Assembly (NCBI GenBank): GCA_973895155.1
Contig: OZ316898.1
Location: 4,278,480 to 4,342,479 of the forward strand
Length of the DNA: 64,000 nucleotides
Direction: 5' to 3'
Source: Marsupella aquatica
Taxonomy: Eukaryota > Plantae > Marchantiophyta
Notes under the pieces: model-generated
The model's database searches: none
What the model saw: only the letters and a program-made list of their open reading frames with translations
What the model was told of the DNA's origin: nothing
Shown here: positions 1-14,852 of the stretch, piece after piece
How positions within the stretch are numbered: the first letter of the stretch is position 1
Layout: the number at the start of each line of letters is the position of its first letter
Position numbers and translations under genes: made by a program

Positions 1-114
1 TAATGTTATATCTAAAATAAATAATAACATCATCTTATAAGTAAAAAGTATTATCCAATAATAAATATAACAATTCTTATAATATTATTATATTCTACTT
101 AAAAAATAGGGTTA

Positions 115-202
115 CATTTGTGAAACCTCACAAAAAGGGAACAATCAATCAAAACAGTTGAACTCAAAACCTATTGATCTCCACTCAAGTGAGTTACAGC
201 AC
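115..202 (-). mobile_element. Degenerate tRNA-derived SINE-like copy
   Basis: Minus strand reads TGTAACTCACTTGAGTGGAGATCAATAGGTTTTGAGTTCAACTGTT...TTCCCTTTTTTGTGAGGTTTCACA and aligns by eye with the copy at 22102-22243. It has A-box-like and B-box-like motifs. Confidence 0.45.
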
Positions 203-915
203 ACCCTATTGTTTTTCTTGGGGCCCTTTCCCCTCTTTTCCTTCTTGGGTTGCTTTGCCTTTGGGATCATGTGTCCAGGGTTCTGCCTTTTTTGCCCTTG
301 GGCAGTGTGATATATTGATCTCCACTCAACACTGCCTTTGTCAGAATAGCTCGCCAGCTTATTTAGAATAACTGTAATCTTTTGTAATAAGTTACCACTG
401 TCTTACTACTGTTAGTATCACACTAAGTTATCCAAGGGCTCCCACAATGACAAAGGAAACTGACTGTGACTAAGTTTGGGGCACAATGATGGACTCTGCA
501 AAACACTGTCTTTACATATGGGTCTCAAGCACCACTGTCAGGATGAGCCATATTTAATAACTCCGTAGAGGGAATGATTTGGTGTGCAGGGTGAGTGTAC
601 TGAGAGTTTAGTTGTCACTCTTCAATGTTGGAACAGTAATTAGATATAAATTATTCTTACCATCTTCTCTTTCAAAAGGTTACATTACCCACCTTGGCTA
701 GAGAGGAAAAACTTAAAAATACACTGGTGCAAACATTTTTAAACTTTGGCTTCTTCTGTCAAGGGTTTTTATATGTATTTCATTTCATTTTCAATTCATA
801 TTTGGGTGTTGAGTGTATTTCCGAGACGCAAAGGCCCTCTAATTATATTTCTCACACAGCCAAAACACACCAAAGCAGACCAACCGCAAAACGCGATCCT
901 GCAGGCGAGAGACTC

Positions 916-1148
916 AATAGAGGGAGGTAACAAGACAACCCCTAGGAAGACCAAAGAACCAAAAAGCCCTTCCAATTTGCTTTGCAATAAAGAGTCAAAA
1001 GTGCCCCAGGTATATGTTGAATGGACCCAAATAGAGGGAGGTAACAAAGGAACCCCCTAGGGAGACCAAATATCCAAAAAGCCATTCCGATCTGCTTTGT
1101 AATAAAATAGTCAAAAGTGCCCCAGGTATATGTTAAGTGGACCCCAAA
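916..1148. repeat. Tandem duplication, ~115-bp unit x2
   Basis: AATAGAGGGAGGTAACAA...AGTCAAAAGTGCCCCAGGTATATGTT..TGGACCC occurs twice head-to-tail. Confidence 0.85.
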
Positions 1149-1414
1149 ATGAAAATGTGACCCCATAAATGATCCATACCGTTGATACCTGGAATCAAGT
1201 ACCCGAAACCTCAACGATTGGTTGGGAGAAAACTTTTGCTTTGGGGTCCATCAGGCATATACGTCCAAGTGCCCCGCATCTTGTAAAACTACTCCTTTTC
1301 ATTCATCCCAATTTGAGAAAAGTGGTCACCTGAACAGTCCGCCGCCAAATTCCTGCAAAGCCTGAAAAGGCACAAAGGCACAAAGTCACAAAGTCACAAA
1401 ACACAATATGGTTT

Positions 1415-2050
1415 CCTGAGGGCGGGCAGGCCACGCCGGGTCCAACTGGACGGGCAGTTCAATAAACTTAATGATAACTACAATTCAGACTGATTGCTCT
1501 CGGGCTGTGCGGGCAGTCCGAAGTGGCCTGCTCTGTCGAGAGGGCAGCAGGGCGGGCAGGGCCAACTATAATACAGACACGGGCCATTGGGCCAACCTCC
1601 TGCCCGTTGGGTCAAATGGGGAGAAAACACCGCAACAAGTCCGGGCAGCCCGGCGGGAGTGTGCAGGCTATTGTCGGCGGGCAGCGTGGACAGGATGGGA
1701 TTGTAATGTATATAATAATTAAACTTATTATATACTACTATCAGTGATGAGAAGCGGTCAAGCCGCGCCGGGCAGGACAGCAAGAACGAACTCGAGGGAC
1801 ACAGCTGACGGCGGCGATGAGATCGCAGATTCGAGCCAGTTAGCCAACGAAGCGCGCAAGCAACCACGCGGTGAGTCATCTAGGCTACGTCGACGGTGGG
1901 CAGGAGGACAGCATAGTAGATTGGTAGCAGCAGCAGCACTATGGCCCTATGGCCCTATGGGACTGGGACGACGGTCGGACCGGCCACCCGTAAGGAACGG
2001 AGGCTGTCCCCGGGACAGGAGACGGCCGGCCAAAGTCGGTACCGTACTCG
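1415..2050. other. GC-rich island with repeated GGGCAG motif, probably a TE relic
   Basis: Abrupt rise in GC and about 8 GGGCAG copies in 1420-1780. The ORFs here have no recognisable homology. Confidence 0.4.
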
Positions 2051-5000
2051 CTCACGGAACAGAATCGGGGTCAACGTCGGCCACGTTTGCGTGCAATTTC
2101 GAGGGAGGTAAAGTTATTCTGGAAGGAGTATGGAACTATGGTGTATGACTCTATGGACCTCCAAAATGGAAAGCGTTAGTTCATGGGCCTGAGTGATCCA
2201 GATTTGTGATAAATCTTGATGGACCTTAAATCCACATACCCAAAAGCTCATAGGATTGGTTGGCGGACTAGTTTGGTTTGGGGTCCATCCAGCAAATACC
2301 TCCACGTTGAAGTGAGATGCGTCCCGAGTGATCCAGACCTTTCATTACCCTTGATAATTAGACCTTGCATTAGAACACCTTACAAAAATGTAATTTGTTA
2401 GGGAGAAAATTTTGGTTTGAGTTCCAACGGAACAAATATCTCCACTTTAAAGAGCGATGGTGATTTTGTGTTTCGCCACTGTTAAGAGAAAATATGCTAG
2501 GAACATAATATTACTTATCTGCTAGATTAGTTTCTGACCCTTGGTAAATCATTAAAAAAACCATACCGTAAGGTATCCAGAAAATTGTGGCCACTAAAGA
2601 CTGGTGATTGGTGATGAGATGAAAGAAAGGAGCTTAGAGTATTTTTCAGGTCTTTCCTTTTCTCCTTTTCTTGTCATAGCACCCAATGGCTCTGATTTAG
2701 ATTGGGTGCTTAATTTAGATAGCACCCTCAAAGAAGGGCTTTACCTGTTCTCCAGGTATCCATGTGTGTTGGTGCCAAGCTCACTTAGGCAAGGGTAGGT
2801 TGATCATGGTTCTCCTGATGTGCTTTTAGCTACTAATACCATTGCTAGATCCAGATGAACGTAGGGCCTCCATAACCCCATGTGATGCATAAGTACATCC
2901 AAATTCCAATCTAGTTCAAGAAAACTCGCTCCAGAACATGCAAACAGTTTGTTAGGGGTCAAGAGTATTGCTCCTGTTTCCAGGATGGCCTCATATTCCC
3001 CAGGGAATGCTCCTTTCCCCAGGCAATGATTCCAGCGTGGGTGGTTTTGGTAAATGTGAGCTCTCTCTGAGTTCTATGTTGAATGTGAACCATATCTTCC
3101 AAGATAAAAGAATGCCAACAGTAGGGCCCCCTCTCAGCTGAGTTTTCTTTCTTTATTTACTATAGAATGTTACAAATATGCAAACAGTGGCATCTACCTT
3201 TTATATTGCACCATAATGCTATATGCAAATGTAACACGTGGGTGATGTTATATTGGAATAGAACATCAGGTGTTATAAAATCAGCAAACGACACAAGTTT
3301 GAGTAATAATACATTTTTTTACTATAATACAATATCTCTGCAAAAATGTTTTTTCTGTGTACAAAATGAGAGAAAGCCGGAGCCAATCCTGGCCCTTGAT
3401 CAAAACCTGATTTCTTTGGCACCACCATCCAACACTTATCCACGGAATGCACTATATTAAAGTGCACGGGACATCATTTATGCACTTCAAATCCATATGT
3501 AAATAGTCTTCACTATCTAACAAGTGTTTTGTTTCTGGTCACACATGTTGGACTTCTCAAACTACAAGCCGTCAAATTGCACATTTCAATTAGATAAGTG
3601 CATGAAACTACTTTATGTGATTGTTTGCTGCACTTACCAATCAATGCTTTTGACATATGCATTTGCAATAATGGATAAATGCATGTGTACCCTTATAGAT
3701 GGAAATGCACTTATGTACTTGTGGTTTAGAGCCCATATTTTTTGATTTACTGTAGGTTAACCTGCACTTGTGCAAACTCCATTTTTTGGTGCATTTACAA
3801 AGAACATTCTTGTAAATTTAGAGTAAGTCATGGTTGGCCTGCACTAGTCTAGTTTACACTTATGTACGGTTCACTATATACATATGAGGGGCCATAGACT
3901 TAACATAATACTATAATTAAAAAAAAGGACTGAAATTGGTGTACTCTCACATTCGAATACAACTGCATCACAAGTTTTCATATTTCAAGAGAAATCAAAC
4001 TTGGCATGTGGAAGTATAGCCCCAGTTTATTATTGGTAACTGAGACCATCGTGTTATATCGAAGCGATTTTCTATTCAATTTTTTGGGGGAAGAGAGTAG
4101 GGCTCAACGTGACCGCTGGCATTCTAAAGAAACTTTAACTGATTATAATTCCCTCTCCATCAGTGCAACCCTTTTCAAAGAGTAGAAAGGATCTAAGAAT
4201 AAAATGACAGGGTAGCCACATACTCCATACAGTATGGAACATGAAGTTACTGTAGACATGAGGGACAGTTTTTTCCATGTCTCCGTAGTTGGAACATTCC
4301 ATGTGTGAAACGTAGTAACCTACAACTTCCTACAACCTAGCTACACGACGTCTCCTCTCTTCTCCTCTCCTCTCCTCTCAATCTCTCATCACCCGAGAAG
4401 AAGAACATGGTCAACTAGACATCGATGTGCTCACCTTGTTATCCTCGTGAGGCGACTACTATGGACACTAGTGGCGATGGTGATAACTATGCTCAACTTT
4501 CCAATTCATTGGAGGGATTGCGGTAAGTTGTAGTGGGAAATCCTGGCACGATGGAGCTTTACGAGTAGATTGGTCCTAAATTAGCATGAGCCCCACCAGT
4601 CTCCTCACTCTAATAATGCCTCGACTCCCTTCTCTCCTCTCTCTAATGACGATAGTGTAGTGCTTGGTTCCACGTTGATGGGGAAGCGAGCCGAAGATTG
4701 TGACATGTAGTCCATACTTTTCTGATGAAAGAATCAGGCCCACCTCCACTTCTTCTCGCACATTAGTGGGGAACATTCCATGTGACGAAAAGCTAGTTAC
4801 TGTAGCTGCCTGCTGGTTGCAACAAAACGAACAGGTGAAGGTACGAGGGGAAAACAATAAGACATGATCTGTTTGTCTTTCTTGTACGTATCTCGAGGTT
4901 TTGTCAATCAATCAATCGATGTAAAACAAATACTCTTTGATCCAATCCCGACAGATCTGTCATTTGGTTTTGCGGAATCTTTAAATGAAACAAGTGACTC

Positions 5001-8000
5001 CACATTGAAGCGACAGCAGTGAACCTAGCCAGAGATGGGATAGGGGGATCAGTTGGCTACAAATTGAACACTAGCCATCCTGAACGATAATGCCATTTTG
5101 GCTTTAGGAAGTTCAAGCTGGGCTGGATCGCTCACAAGCAAAGATCGTTGAAGGCTGTGTTGGGTGGTTCACCTTACAGGGAGCTTGTGGTCGAAAGAGA
5201 AACACATCCAAAAAGTTGAACTACAAATGTATCTGCGTCAGTCAGCTAACAGGTTTTCTATTTTCTGGGAAGAAGAGCGCAATTACCTTTTTCGCTTTGC
5301 CCCAGGACTTGTTAGTGTTTCCTCTGTTGTTTACCTTTTCAGCACCAAGGGTTGATTGACAAAACAGTATTTTTCTGACAGGACTGACGAGCGACTGTGG
5401 TCAACTTCAATGGTTTACTGGGTCATTACGATCCCCTTGGGCTTCGTAATGAAACAGTCATTTTCCTAAAGAAAGAGACAATTCCCTACCTGTCTGCTCT
5501 GAAAGGAATCGATGCCATGTGGGGGATGCCCTTTTTTGGAAGTCAAATTTAGGTCACATTTATTACAGTCACGAGACAATTCATCAGATTTTCCACTGTG
5601 AACAATCAGATAATCATTTATATTAGAGCCTGGGTGCAAGGAACCGGTTTGGTGCCCTTTTGGAGGTCAATTTAGAATCTTAATGTCAGGGAGAGCTTTC
5701 GTCGGGAGATGTGCATCGTTCAGTCCCAAACCCCAAGGGGGATTCTTTTGTTCACTTCCTACGGCAATCACTGTGATTCGCAGCTCGTGGGGTTGAAATT
5801 GCTTCACATTCCTCATGCACCAACAAGAGCGAATGAATGATCTACCCAGAAGGGAGCGAAGATGCCTTCTTTTCTAGAGGCTCCTGTTTCGGCTCACTTG
5901 TTCGCTCTAGGTTAATGACTTGGAAAAGCATATATTTGCACGTTGAAAAGCCATCTGCACTGAAACAAGACACCCTCTCAACTTAGCCTCTCCGTGGGCC
6001 ACTTTGAATGTGAGGGATCAAAGCGAAGCCTCTGATGGCCCTGATCTCACGCATTGAATGCATCCAGCTGCCCAGTCTACCGATGGAATCAACGTTTACG
6101 TGTAACACATGTGGTTGCACATGGGTTTGGCAAGTTTGGTCCCTCGAGACTTCTGCTTTCCCATCCTGATGGACTCCTGGAGAAATAAATGTCCTGCTTT
6201 ATGGCTGTAGAATCCTGGAGTCCCAACATGCACTAGTTAAGACCAATTTTAAAAGCCACTCCGAGGAAATCTAGGTCTGTCTATAGGTAGTTGGATTTGC
6301 ATTTTCTTAGGTTTTTCCTCGCATGACTTAATTTAAACCTAATACTGGTGAAAAGATAAGTCATAGTCACTCGCTTCAATTGAACAAGGCTCTTTTTTGT
6401 TGTAGTGGTCTTGAGAAAATATCTTGTGAATGTAGTGGCGAGTGGCGAGTTAGGTTAAATATCTGTTTCAAACTCTAACGCAAAACTGGAGACAGCAGGA
6501 CTACAGTACAACTTCAATATCAGATGTAATCTAGTGGTCACCGTACGCATCCTCTACGGCGGGCTCACTAATTAGGCAAGCTACTGAAAAAATACGTACC
6601 TTCCACCATAAGCTGTAATTATCCTTCCGGATAGATTCCAAGTAGATGATGAGACTGGAAAATGCAAACAACCCAGGACAGACGTGCGAAATTGCAAACA
6701 CAACATAATCGTCACCGTAAAGGAATAGATAATTATGGAAACGCAGTCGCTTAACGGTAACTACGTACAAAAGCATCCCAGCTACAGTGACATTACATTT
6801 CAAGGGAGATCAATTTCATTGAGCGGAACTAGCATGCTGCTACCGTGTATTACCCTTCTAATATCGAATGTCTCCGTATTGTGTCATAACGCAACATCAA
6901 CTCCAAGGAGATCCATGTGCAAGCGTTGAAGGTGTTTACAAAGAGACTGAGTTACCATTCCTTCCTGAAAGAGGTTGCTATTAGTGGGGGGAGCAAAATC
7001 TTTGCGAGTGGAACTGGCGGCTGCTTTCGCTATATAACTTCACAGGTGCTAAGGAATTCAGAACCAAGCCTCAGAAGTTTTTATGGTTTCAGGTTTATTA
7101 GTTCACCTGCTCTGGTATCATTCTCTCCTGTTGTTCCCACCTTCATGGTTGTAATTCTCCTTTGTTATTTTCATGGGTTGTGATTCTCCTTTGTAATTGC
7201 ACAGACTGTACCTTCAGCAGACCCACCGCTCGTTCCTGATCATTATCATGCTCGTTTGTTAATCTTGTGATAGTCTTCAAAAACTCCATGGGCTGCAAAG
7301 ACTGAACGACAGAACTTCAAATGATTGCCGAGTTATGAATGTGTACCGACCTACCTGCAGGCCATGGACGGAAGCCAGAAATCTGCGAGTCGAGAGTTTG
7401 AGAAGGCTACCACCAGAATGAGCCAGAAGAAATGATGTTTTCTTGCGAAGGAGCTACCAGCTACTGGTATATTGCATACATTATGAATACACGGAAAGAT
7501 AGGGTATAATGAGCTCTAAGGACACAAATACACAATGACATCCAGCTAATGATCGATCCAAATCAGAGGATAATATAAAGCTAAAGCTGTCGTTGAACTA
7601 CAGTACGTCATTATTGAATTTCAATAATTAAACAGTCAGTGAGTGCAGACGCAATAGGACCCGTGCACATCTGCGTGCCCTCATGAATGGACCTTGGGAT
7701 ATGCATTTACCTGGCTTACGGCCCGAACGCTATTATCGGACATAATTATATTGATTTTACTCTTTCAGATTGAAGATGAATATATAGAATATATAATAGT
7801 CGAAACGAACACAAACGCCAAACTGGGATACAGGGTCCCAAAAGCCCAACCATCCCGACAAAGGGAGGGGAAAAAACACAGAGAAGGCCGAAGAGGCCTA
7901 ACAAGCCAACGGTCCCCGACAAAAAAAAGGAGGACAGATTGAAGAGGAAACAGATAGGCTATATCATCATCAGATATGTTTGCGTTCACTGTAGCTACCA

Positions 8001-10701
8001 CTAAATCGGCGTAGTACCAGGAAAGTCACGTTATTTACATCTGAATAAAGTTTGTCGTTGGTGGAAAGAGAAGAAGGAGAGCACACTACTGTAGGTTCGG
8101 TGCTATGGATGAGCTTTGTCTTCCCTGAAAACTAAGTAGCCAGATCCTGCAAAGCATTGCATTCCAGAACAGGGAGACAAAGGCTCTTTAAGACGAGCAA
8201 AGACTAGGCCAAAGGAAGAAGCACAATTCCCGAGGACGACACTGTGTGGACAGTGAGTGTGTGAAGCTACGTAGGGTTCGGTCTGGATATCTAGTACCCT
8301 TGTGTTTCCATGCAAGAGGCATCACTTTGTATGCACGGCAGGCTACTGACATTGTTAGGTCCAGCTACGTGTTAGAGAGAGGGGGACAGATGCAAGGGAT
8401 GAACACAAATCTCCAAATCTCCAACTCTCCAACTCTCCAAGAGGATATGTAATTTGGGTCTGCCAATGCTGTAGCAGCTGTATTACAAACCGTAGCATAC
8501 TTCGCTATTGTTAGCTGTTTTCATCGATGTGGAGCTGGAAAGAAGGACGAGCCAATACGCCACAAATCACTGCCCTGCATTCGTGCAGCAGCTATCAACC
8601 TTCCAAAAAGAACCTTCCAAAACTACCTGTTGGGAGATTAGAGCTATTTGACACCTAATCATTTTCCTCCAAACCCTTTTTTTTTTGTCTTGAACTGAAA
8701 TGGTTGTCTTGAACTGAAATGGGGAGTAAATACAATTAGACTCTCCTCACTCCAATGTAACAATTTTCTGTAGGTAACCCAGACCAGGGTGAGCCCTAAT
8801 GGATCCCACAGGACCTGCACCAGGAATGAGAGAGGATTACATCAGGGCCACAAAGTGGCACAAAGTGGGTAACCAGGGGCCGAGCACATAATTAGAACTC
8901 CAATCCACTACCCACAAACCCATCCCACCCACATATATCCTCCGGGGTGTAGTGGAGGGGGATTGAACTGGGACCAACTGGGACCTCTCAGTTCCAGGCA
9001 AATTCTTGGGTGGTTAGATTTGGATTGAAGCTCGATCAGAGGACTGCACGGTTGTGACCTAACGATGCTACTGACAGCAGTTCTCTTGAGATAGTGCCTG
9101 CCGCGAATTATACCTATCAGTCCATGAGCCAACTGTTTGTTATGCGTGCTGCAGATAACAATTAAACTTAATTAATTCCTTGGGCAGCTCGTCACAGTTC
9201 GAGATATGGTTGCAGCTAGAGAGAGGCGTAAGAGAGAGGGGAGAGAGTTTAGGGTAGAGCTTAGAGAGAGCGGCAAGAATCTTGGTTGAGTGTCCAGCAA
9301 TGCTGCGTGCTACACTACGTAACTCCCGTAGCCTCCGTCTCAATTCAAACGTGAGCAGAGGTGCAGCTCGAGAGATGAGAACCTGCGGGAAGGACTGATC
9401 GAGAACAGTGGTGTGTATCACATTGACACATAGTTACGGGTGGACGGACGGATGGAAGGACAGGCTGCTTGTGAAGGACAATACGATAGGCGGACAGGCC
9501 AACTCATCACTGACTCGCTTCTGATGGGGTGATGGACACACTACCCAGCTCGATCCATTCGAGAGTTTGTGCAGCATGTGACCCTTTGAAATTATCACCG
9601 TTGCTCAATGAAATCCGCAAAATACTCAACAGAGCAAGGTATATTGTCGTGCTAACACCAGTTAGGGCCATTCCTGTCCGACGCAAGCGCTGCAGCGGTC
9701 CGAGAGTCCGATCCACATGGTCCAGTCATGGGATTAATCCTCCGCTTTACAGTAACCCCACGTTACGAATAAAAACGCCATCAGCGTCCTCTTAATTCTA
9801 ATGCAATTACATCACCACAATTGCAGAACCGACCCAACACCCATCTCCCCTGGCCAATCCCCCTCTCCCCCTGCTCTAGCTGGTTTGACTCTTTCCGTCC
9901 CAACCGCGTGGGAATGCGGTGGCGTGGCGTGGGTAACACAATGAGCGATGCGCTTCCGTGTTACGCAAAACAACATGCTTTGTGTACCTTTCTCTCGTTC
10001 TTTCAAGACTACGGTAGTGAGAGGTTCCATTCCAGTACAGCTCAAAGTCCTCCCCCACCGAGGGTGGAGGCTACTGTAAGTCACTGTACTCGATCCAGTC
10101 CACATGGGCCACTTCTGCTCTCGCATGCTCCGCTCTCCTCCTGGTTACTGGTTACCCTGATGACCAGGACTACGAGCTTGCACACATCTTTGGCCTAGGC
10201 TTAGCTCAGCTTTACCACTCATAATCGTAGCCTTTGTATTAGACTGTTTCAAATTTTTTGTCAATGCTCAGGTACAGTGAGGGGCAATGGCGTACTGTAT
10301 GCTCTATGCAGTCTGTTGCGCTGCCTACATTAATTAATGGAGTGGAAGCGTACCGCTCGAAATTCCTAATTCTGTACTGCTATCTGCGTTTTTTTGCGAT
10401 GGTAAAAAGCCGGCCTACTGTTACACAATTGCTATTCAGTCAGAACATTTCTCTTTGCCTGGAAGGGTGGAAGGAATCAATGACCCCGTAGATGTTGACC
10501 AGGCATTCCATCACTGCAATCCCTGAATAATTTGTGATACGGTGTCAGTACTACTGTAGCTGCAGAAACTCATGACCAGATCTTACAAAGCATACCCACT
10601 CATAGACCTGAAAATTTTTGGTTTTCTATTACTGATGCTCCTGGTCTATTCAACATTGTATAAATTGCTGGTTTGATATGGGAAACTGCTCTGCTGAATG
10701 C

Positions 10702-10762
10702 AGACTATGGCTAGGTGGAGAAGACCATGGCTAGGTGGTGAAGACCAAGGCTAGGTGGAGAA
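10702..10762. repeat. 20-bp minisatellite x3
   Basis: AGAC(T/C)A(T/A)GGCTAGGTGG(A/T)GA repeated three times. Confidence 0.85.
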
Positions 10763-10936
10763 TCAAACTGTACGCACGACATAAATTGTGTAACTTTTGT
10801 GCTTTCTTCTGTGTCTAGCTTATGAGAAGCTCGAAAAAGGCTAGAAGACCATTCATGTCGGAAAATTTCGTTATTTGAATTTCAATCTTATAAAGGCTGC
10901 AAAAGCACCAAATGGCAAAACAATCTAATAATTGAC

Positions 10937-11736
10937 TGTTTTGGGGTTAAAGTGAAAATTAGCTTTATAACATACGTTATAGCCCAATGCTTGTTTGGTG
11001 CAAATTGTTGTTGCTGCCATGCTGCAGTTGAATGATGAAATATATGGTCATTGTAGCTGTACAGTTGCTGCCCGGGGTTGCTGCAGGCATATTTTTGTTG
11101 TGAAAATGTTGTCAAAACTGGGTGTGCAAGTTTGCCTAAAATTGTCTTTGCGGCTGTGCCATTGAGGCAAGGAAGTCATTGAGAAAATGAAGAGTTGTGG
11201 AGGCAACCACACTATTGTCATTGCATCCATGTGGTTGTTGAAACATGCTATGCTCATTGCAGCCATGTTGTCAATGTGATAGTGTTGTCAAGAGTGTGCA
11301 CGAGTTCACCTTGTCTGAGTTGCAGCCGTAATTTTGAGGCAAGGAAGTCAATGAGGAAAGGAAGTGTCCCCAAGGCAACAAAGTCTTGTTGAGCAGGTTG
11401 TTAATGTTGGGGTTGATGCAAAAGAGTTTCAAAGCAAAACCTAGTGAGAGGTGTCCCACTTCAGGTCAGGCCATGGTCCTTGCCTCGGGGAGTGAGGAAG
11501 GTACCGCCTTGCCTTGGTGGGTGAGGATGTTAGCGTCCTTGCCTTGGTATGCGAGGCGAGGTGGCGAAGGGCTGGCAAAAGGGCAAAGGGGCAAGTTTAG
11601 CCAAGAGTTTAGCGGGGTCCATTTTGACTGAGTCATTGAGGGTCACAAAAAGTGGTAATGGACTGAACAGCCCCAATTGAGTCCTGGCCAAACCTGCCCA
11701 AAAGCAGTTTTGCAAATAGACTGTAACCCCCAAACA
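10937..11736. mobile_element. Putative degenerate solo LTR or TIR element (~800 bp, TGT...ACA termini)
   Basis: Left end TGTTTTGGGGTTAAAGT matches the reverse complement of the right end, TGTTTGGGGGTTACAGT, at 15/17. No TSD is visible (TTGAC versus ACACC). Confidence 0.4.
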
Positions 11737-11860
11737 ACACCGTCATAATTGCATTGTTAGTAGATGGTTCACCATGGAATATGATTAATTGTTTTAAATG
11801 ATCTTTAGCAAAATATAAGGATGTACATATATTTCATCTTATTATGAGGAAGTCTCATAA

Positions 11861-12244
11861 TTAATCTGTGGACCCCGATGTTCATCCAAGGAATGTGTGT
11901 GTGATGAAGTGAAATGAATTTGCAGCAATGCGGTAACCGATGGGTTTGAGTCTCCTAGTGATCTGGGTTGAGATGATCTCTTTGGTTTATCAACAGAAGG
12001 TTGAATGTGGAGGAATTGAGTTTTTTGACAGTTTTCGCTTACACATTGGAGAAACTGTATTTCTACCATTCCCGATTGATCATTTGTGACTTAGGTTGAG
12101 CATTACCGCCACAAGACAGACCCAAGAATAACACTCAACTGTTGGCAAAAGAACGCTTGTCGTTTTGGTAGAAAGAGCACTTGTCATTTTGGTAGAAAGA
12201 ACGCACAAAATGAATGAGCCATCACTTCACATGGGGGTCCGTAA
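11861..12244. mobile_element. Non-autonomous element of the GGACCCC-terminus family (short member)
   Basis: Starts TTAATCTGTGGACCCC and ends GGGGGTCCGTAA, the same termini as 20852-21642 and 62426-63260, but with an unrelated interior. Confidence 0.5.
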
Positions 12245-13392
12245 ATAAAATTGTTCTAAAAAATGATAATAACAACCCCTATAACAACTATTGAATAGGG
12301 TTTGTATTTTTTTATCTATAAATAATGTCAAATTAATCAAGAGAAAATGGCAAAGTGCACTACTATTCATTCCAAAATCAATATTATTCTGAAAATGGGA
12401 GTTATAAGTGATGTTAATGATTTCAACAAAATTAAGTGTTATCCCTGGGCCCCCACTCCTTTCTAATATGGGGAGGACGTGAGAACCGTTCAAGGGTCAT
12501 TTTTATCCCTTCGACGGTAATTTTTATAATTCGCTTACAATTCCGCAACCTCCGCATATATATCGAAACCACTTTGTAATTTGCAAGATCCCTTGAAATG
12601 ACATCCTTCTTACTTTTGTGGAAGGGTAAATCAATAGGTAGCAACACGTGGCATCATATTGTTGGTACATGTGTCAAGTTATAATTGGTACACGTGTATT
12701 ATCCTTACAGTATCCATGTCTCCTTCATAGATTAAAATGTTAATACTGGCAGCTATGCTAAGCCAGAAAAGTTTTGAAGGGAGGATTAGGGGCGATCCCG
12801 GGGGCGATGGGGGATGGACCGGGTGTGTGGAGTGAAATTGTAATATATGAAGGATAATTATTATTGCCCAAAATTCCCTTTTGTAATACATTGAAGATAC
12901 TTTAATAAGAGAAATTTTTTGGTTTTTATAAAAAAACAAGGATAATCTCTATTGGAGAAAAATTAATAAGGAGGAGTACCTGCGTAGGGGAGGCTCACAG
13001 GTATGATTATATAATATACAAAGAGTGAGGGTCCAGGGAGTGTTATTTACACATGTGTGTTTAGAGAGTTGAGGGGGCTCAAAAGTAGGAGGAAATACAT
13101 GGAAGGGGGTTTGTCAGATGAGATCATCCTAATGAAGTTTTAATTTCTCAGTCACATGAGACAATCTGAAAGCCTCCCACTATCTCACCAAGGAAACAGA
13201 AAATTGGTATAAGAAGTTTAAGTGGGCAAGTCAACAACAAAATTTCCTATCACTAAAAACATTGAGCATTCTCTGCAAGTGAGGTGGATTATCCATATAG
13301 CAGCGTTGTGTATGCGATAATAGATGAGGTGACTGTTAGCTTACTAAAAACTGGCAAGTGAGAAATGTGATCCAGAAACCAAACCACAGAGT

Positions 13393-13467
13393 GATGATTC
13401 CATTCTCAAAAGAAACCCAAATTGAACAAGATGATTCCATTCTCAAAAGAAACCCAAATTGAACAAG
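13393..13467. repeat. Perfect 37-bp tandem duplication
   Basis: GATGATTCCATTCTCAAAAGAAACCCAAATTGAACAA x2. Confidence 0.9.
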
Positions 13468-13573
13468 CCTGAATACCTCCTATTGGCTCCAGTTTGGGTA
13501 CACTGCTCAAAACCATCTCAACATGCCCAACACTCTTTTGCATCGACCTTGTTTCAGAAAAGAATATGAGACG

Positions 13574-13681
13574 TACAAATAAAGCACGGTTAGCTCATCT
13601 AGGGCCAGTATATCTGTTCGAGCTACATACAAACAAAGCACTGTTAGCTCATCTAGGGCCTGTATACCTGTTCGAGCTACA
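13574..13681. repeat. 54-bp tandem duplication
   Basis: TACAAA(T/C)AAAGCAC(G/T)GTTAGCTCATCTAGGGCC(A/T)GTATA(T/C)CTGTTCGAGCTACA x2. Confidence 0.9.
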
Positions 13682-14852
13682 GTCTTGTAGAGACGTTGCA
13701 CTAATGAAGATACCTCGAAAATTGTCAGTCCTGGCATTCACACTTCCCCAATTAAACCATACGGTAAGGTACAAACGTACAAACCTGATGTGACGGTGGA
13801 GGGATAACGGAAAACGTGTAGAATCTGTGTGGTACGTGGAATGTTTTTAGACTAATCAAATTGAGACATTGTTTCGTGTTCAAGGTGGCTTTACAAAAGG
13901 CTGGGGCGATTGCTTCTTTTTAATTTGTATATCTCTCAGATTATATCTGGACCCTAGTGAATGGTAACGGTTGCAACTGAATTTACAAGAACTAAGGGAC
14001 CATTCAGGTTTCTACTTAACCTGCATGGCAAGATATGGACCAAGCTGCCCATTTTTTCTAGAATTTAAGACCACTGCCAGAGGTGGTCCAAACGTTTGCA
14101 AACTTTGACTTTTTCATTCAAGACTAATGAATGCATTTATTGAACTTCATTTCAGAAATTTTTTAGTCGGGTCTTTAAAACAAGAAGTAGTTCATCAGTT
14201 TTATTTGGTGAACGAGTCACAATGCGTGTCTAAATGCCCCCAACTACTGATAAAGTCACTCTTAGTCCTATGGTATGATGAGACCCTACATATACTGATA
14301 ATTATAGTGCACCCCCTTCTGATTCTGTCTTAAAATTCTGAAAAGTTTTTCCCCAAAGGTAAACAGGTGTCACAGTATAAACTCTATGGGAGGAGATGTA
14401 GGAGCTGTCCCCAGATCTGGCAGCCCATCCCGCCTTATCCCACCTCGTGTTGTAAAGTGCCCTGGGAGAAAATGGGAATTGACACATCCTAGTATGTTTG
14501 TTTGTCTGGAGTTTGGGGTGACCATGTGGATGAACTTGGACCACACCTCCCAAACCTACAATAGGTCCTAGGTAACCTTCCTGCACACTTATCCAAACCC
14601 TTGCCCAATCATGCTTGGTGGAATCTCACCAACTCCAAACTCCCATACTTGTAACAGCACCCCCTCCCTACTCCCCAAACCGCCACCAATTTAGGAAGGA
14701 TTGTATAATATGAAATTGAGGGAAAAAAATGATATCAAAGAAAGGGAAGGAAAGAGATGCCCTACTTTTACATTCATGATAGGGTGACGTTTTTTTTCCA
14801 ATCAAACCACCTCACCTGAACCACGAGAAGGAAAGACTGGACATTATTTGTA

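Noticed and set aside
1471-2148. Overlapping 74-134 aa ORFs
   Set aside because: They are explained by high GC and have no recognisable domain or splice support.
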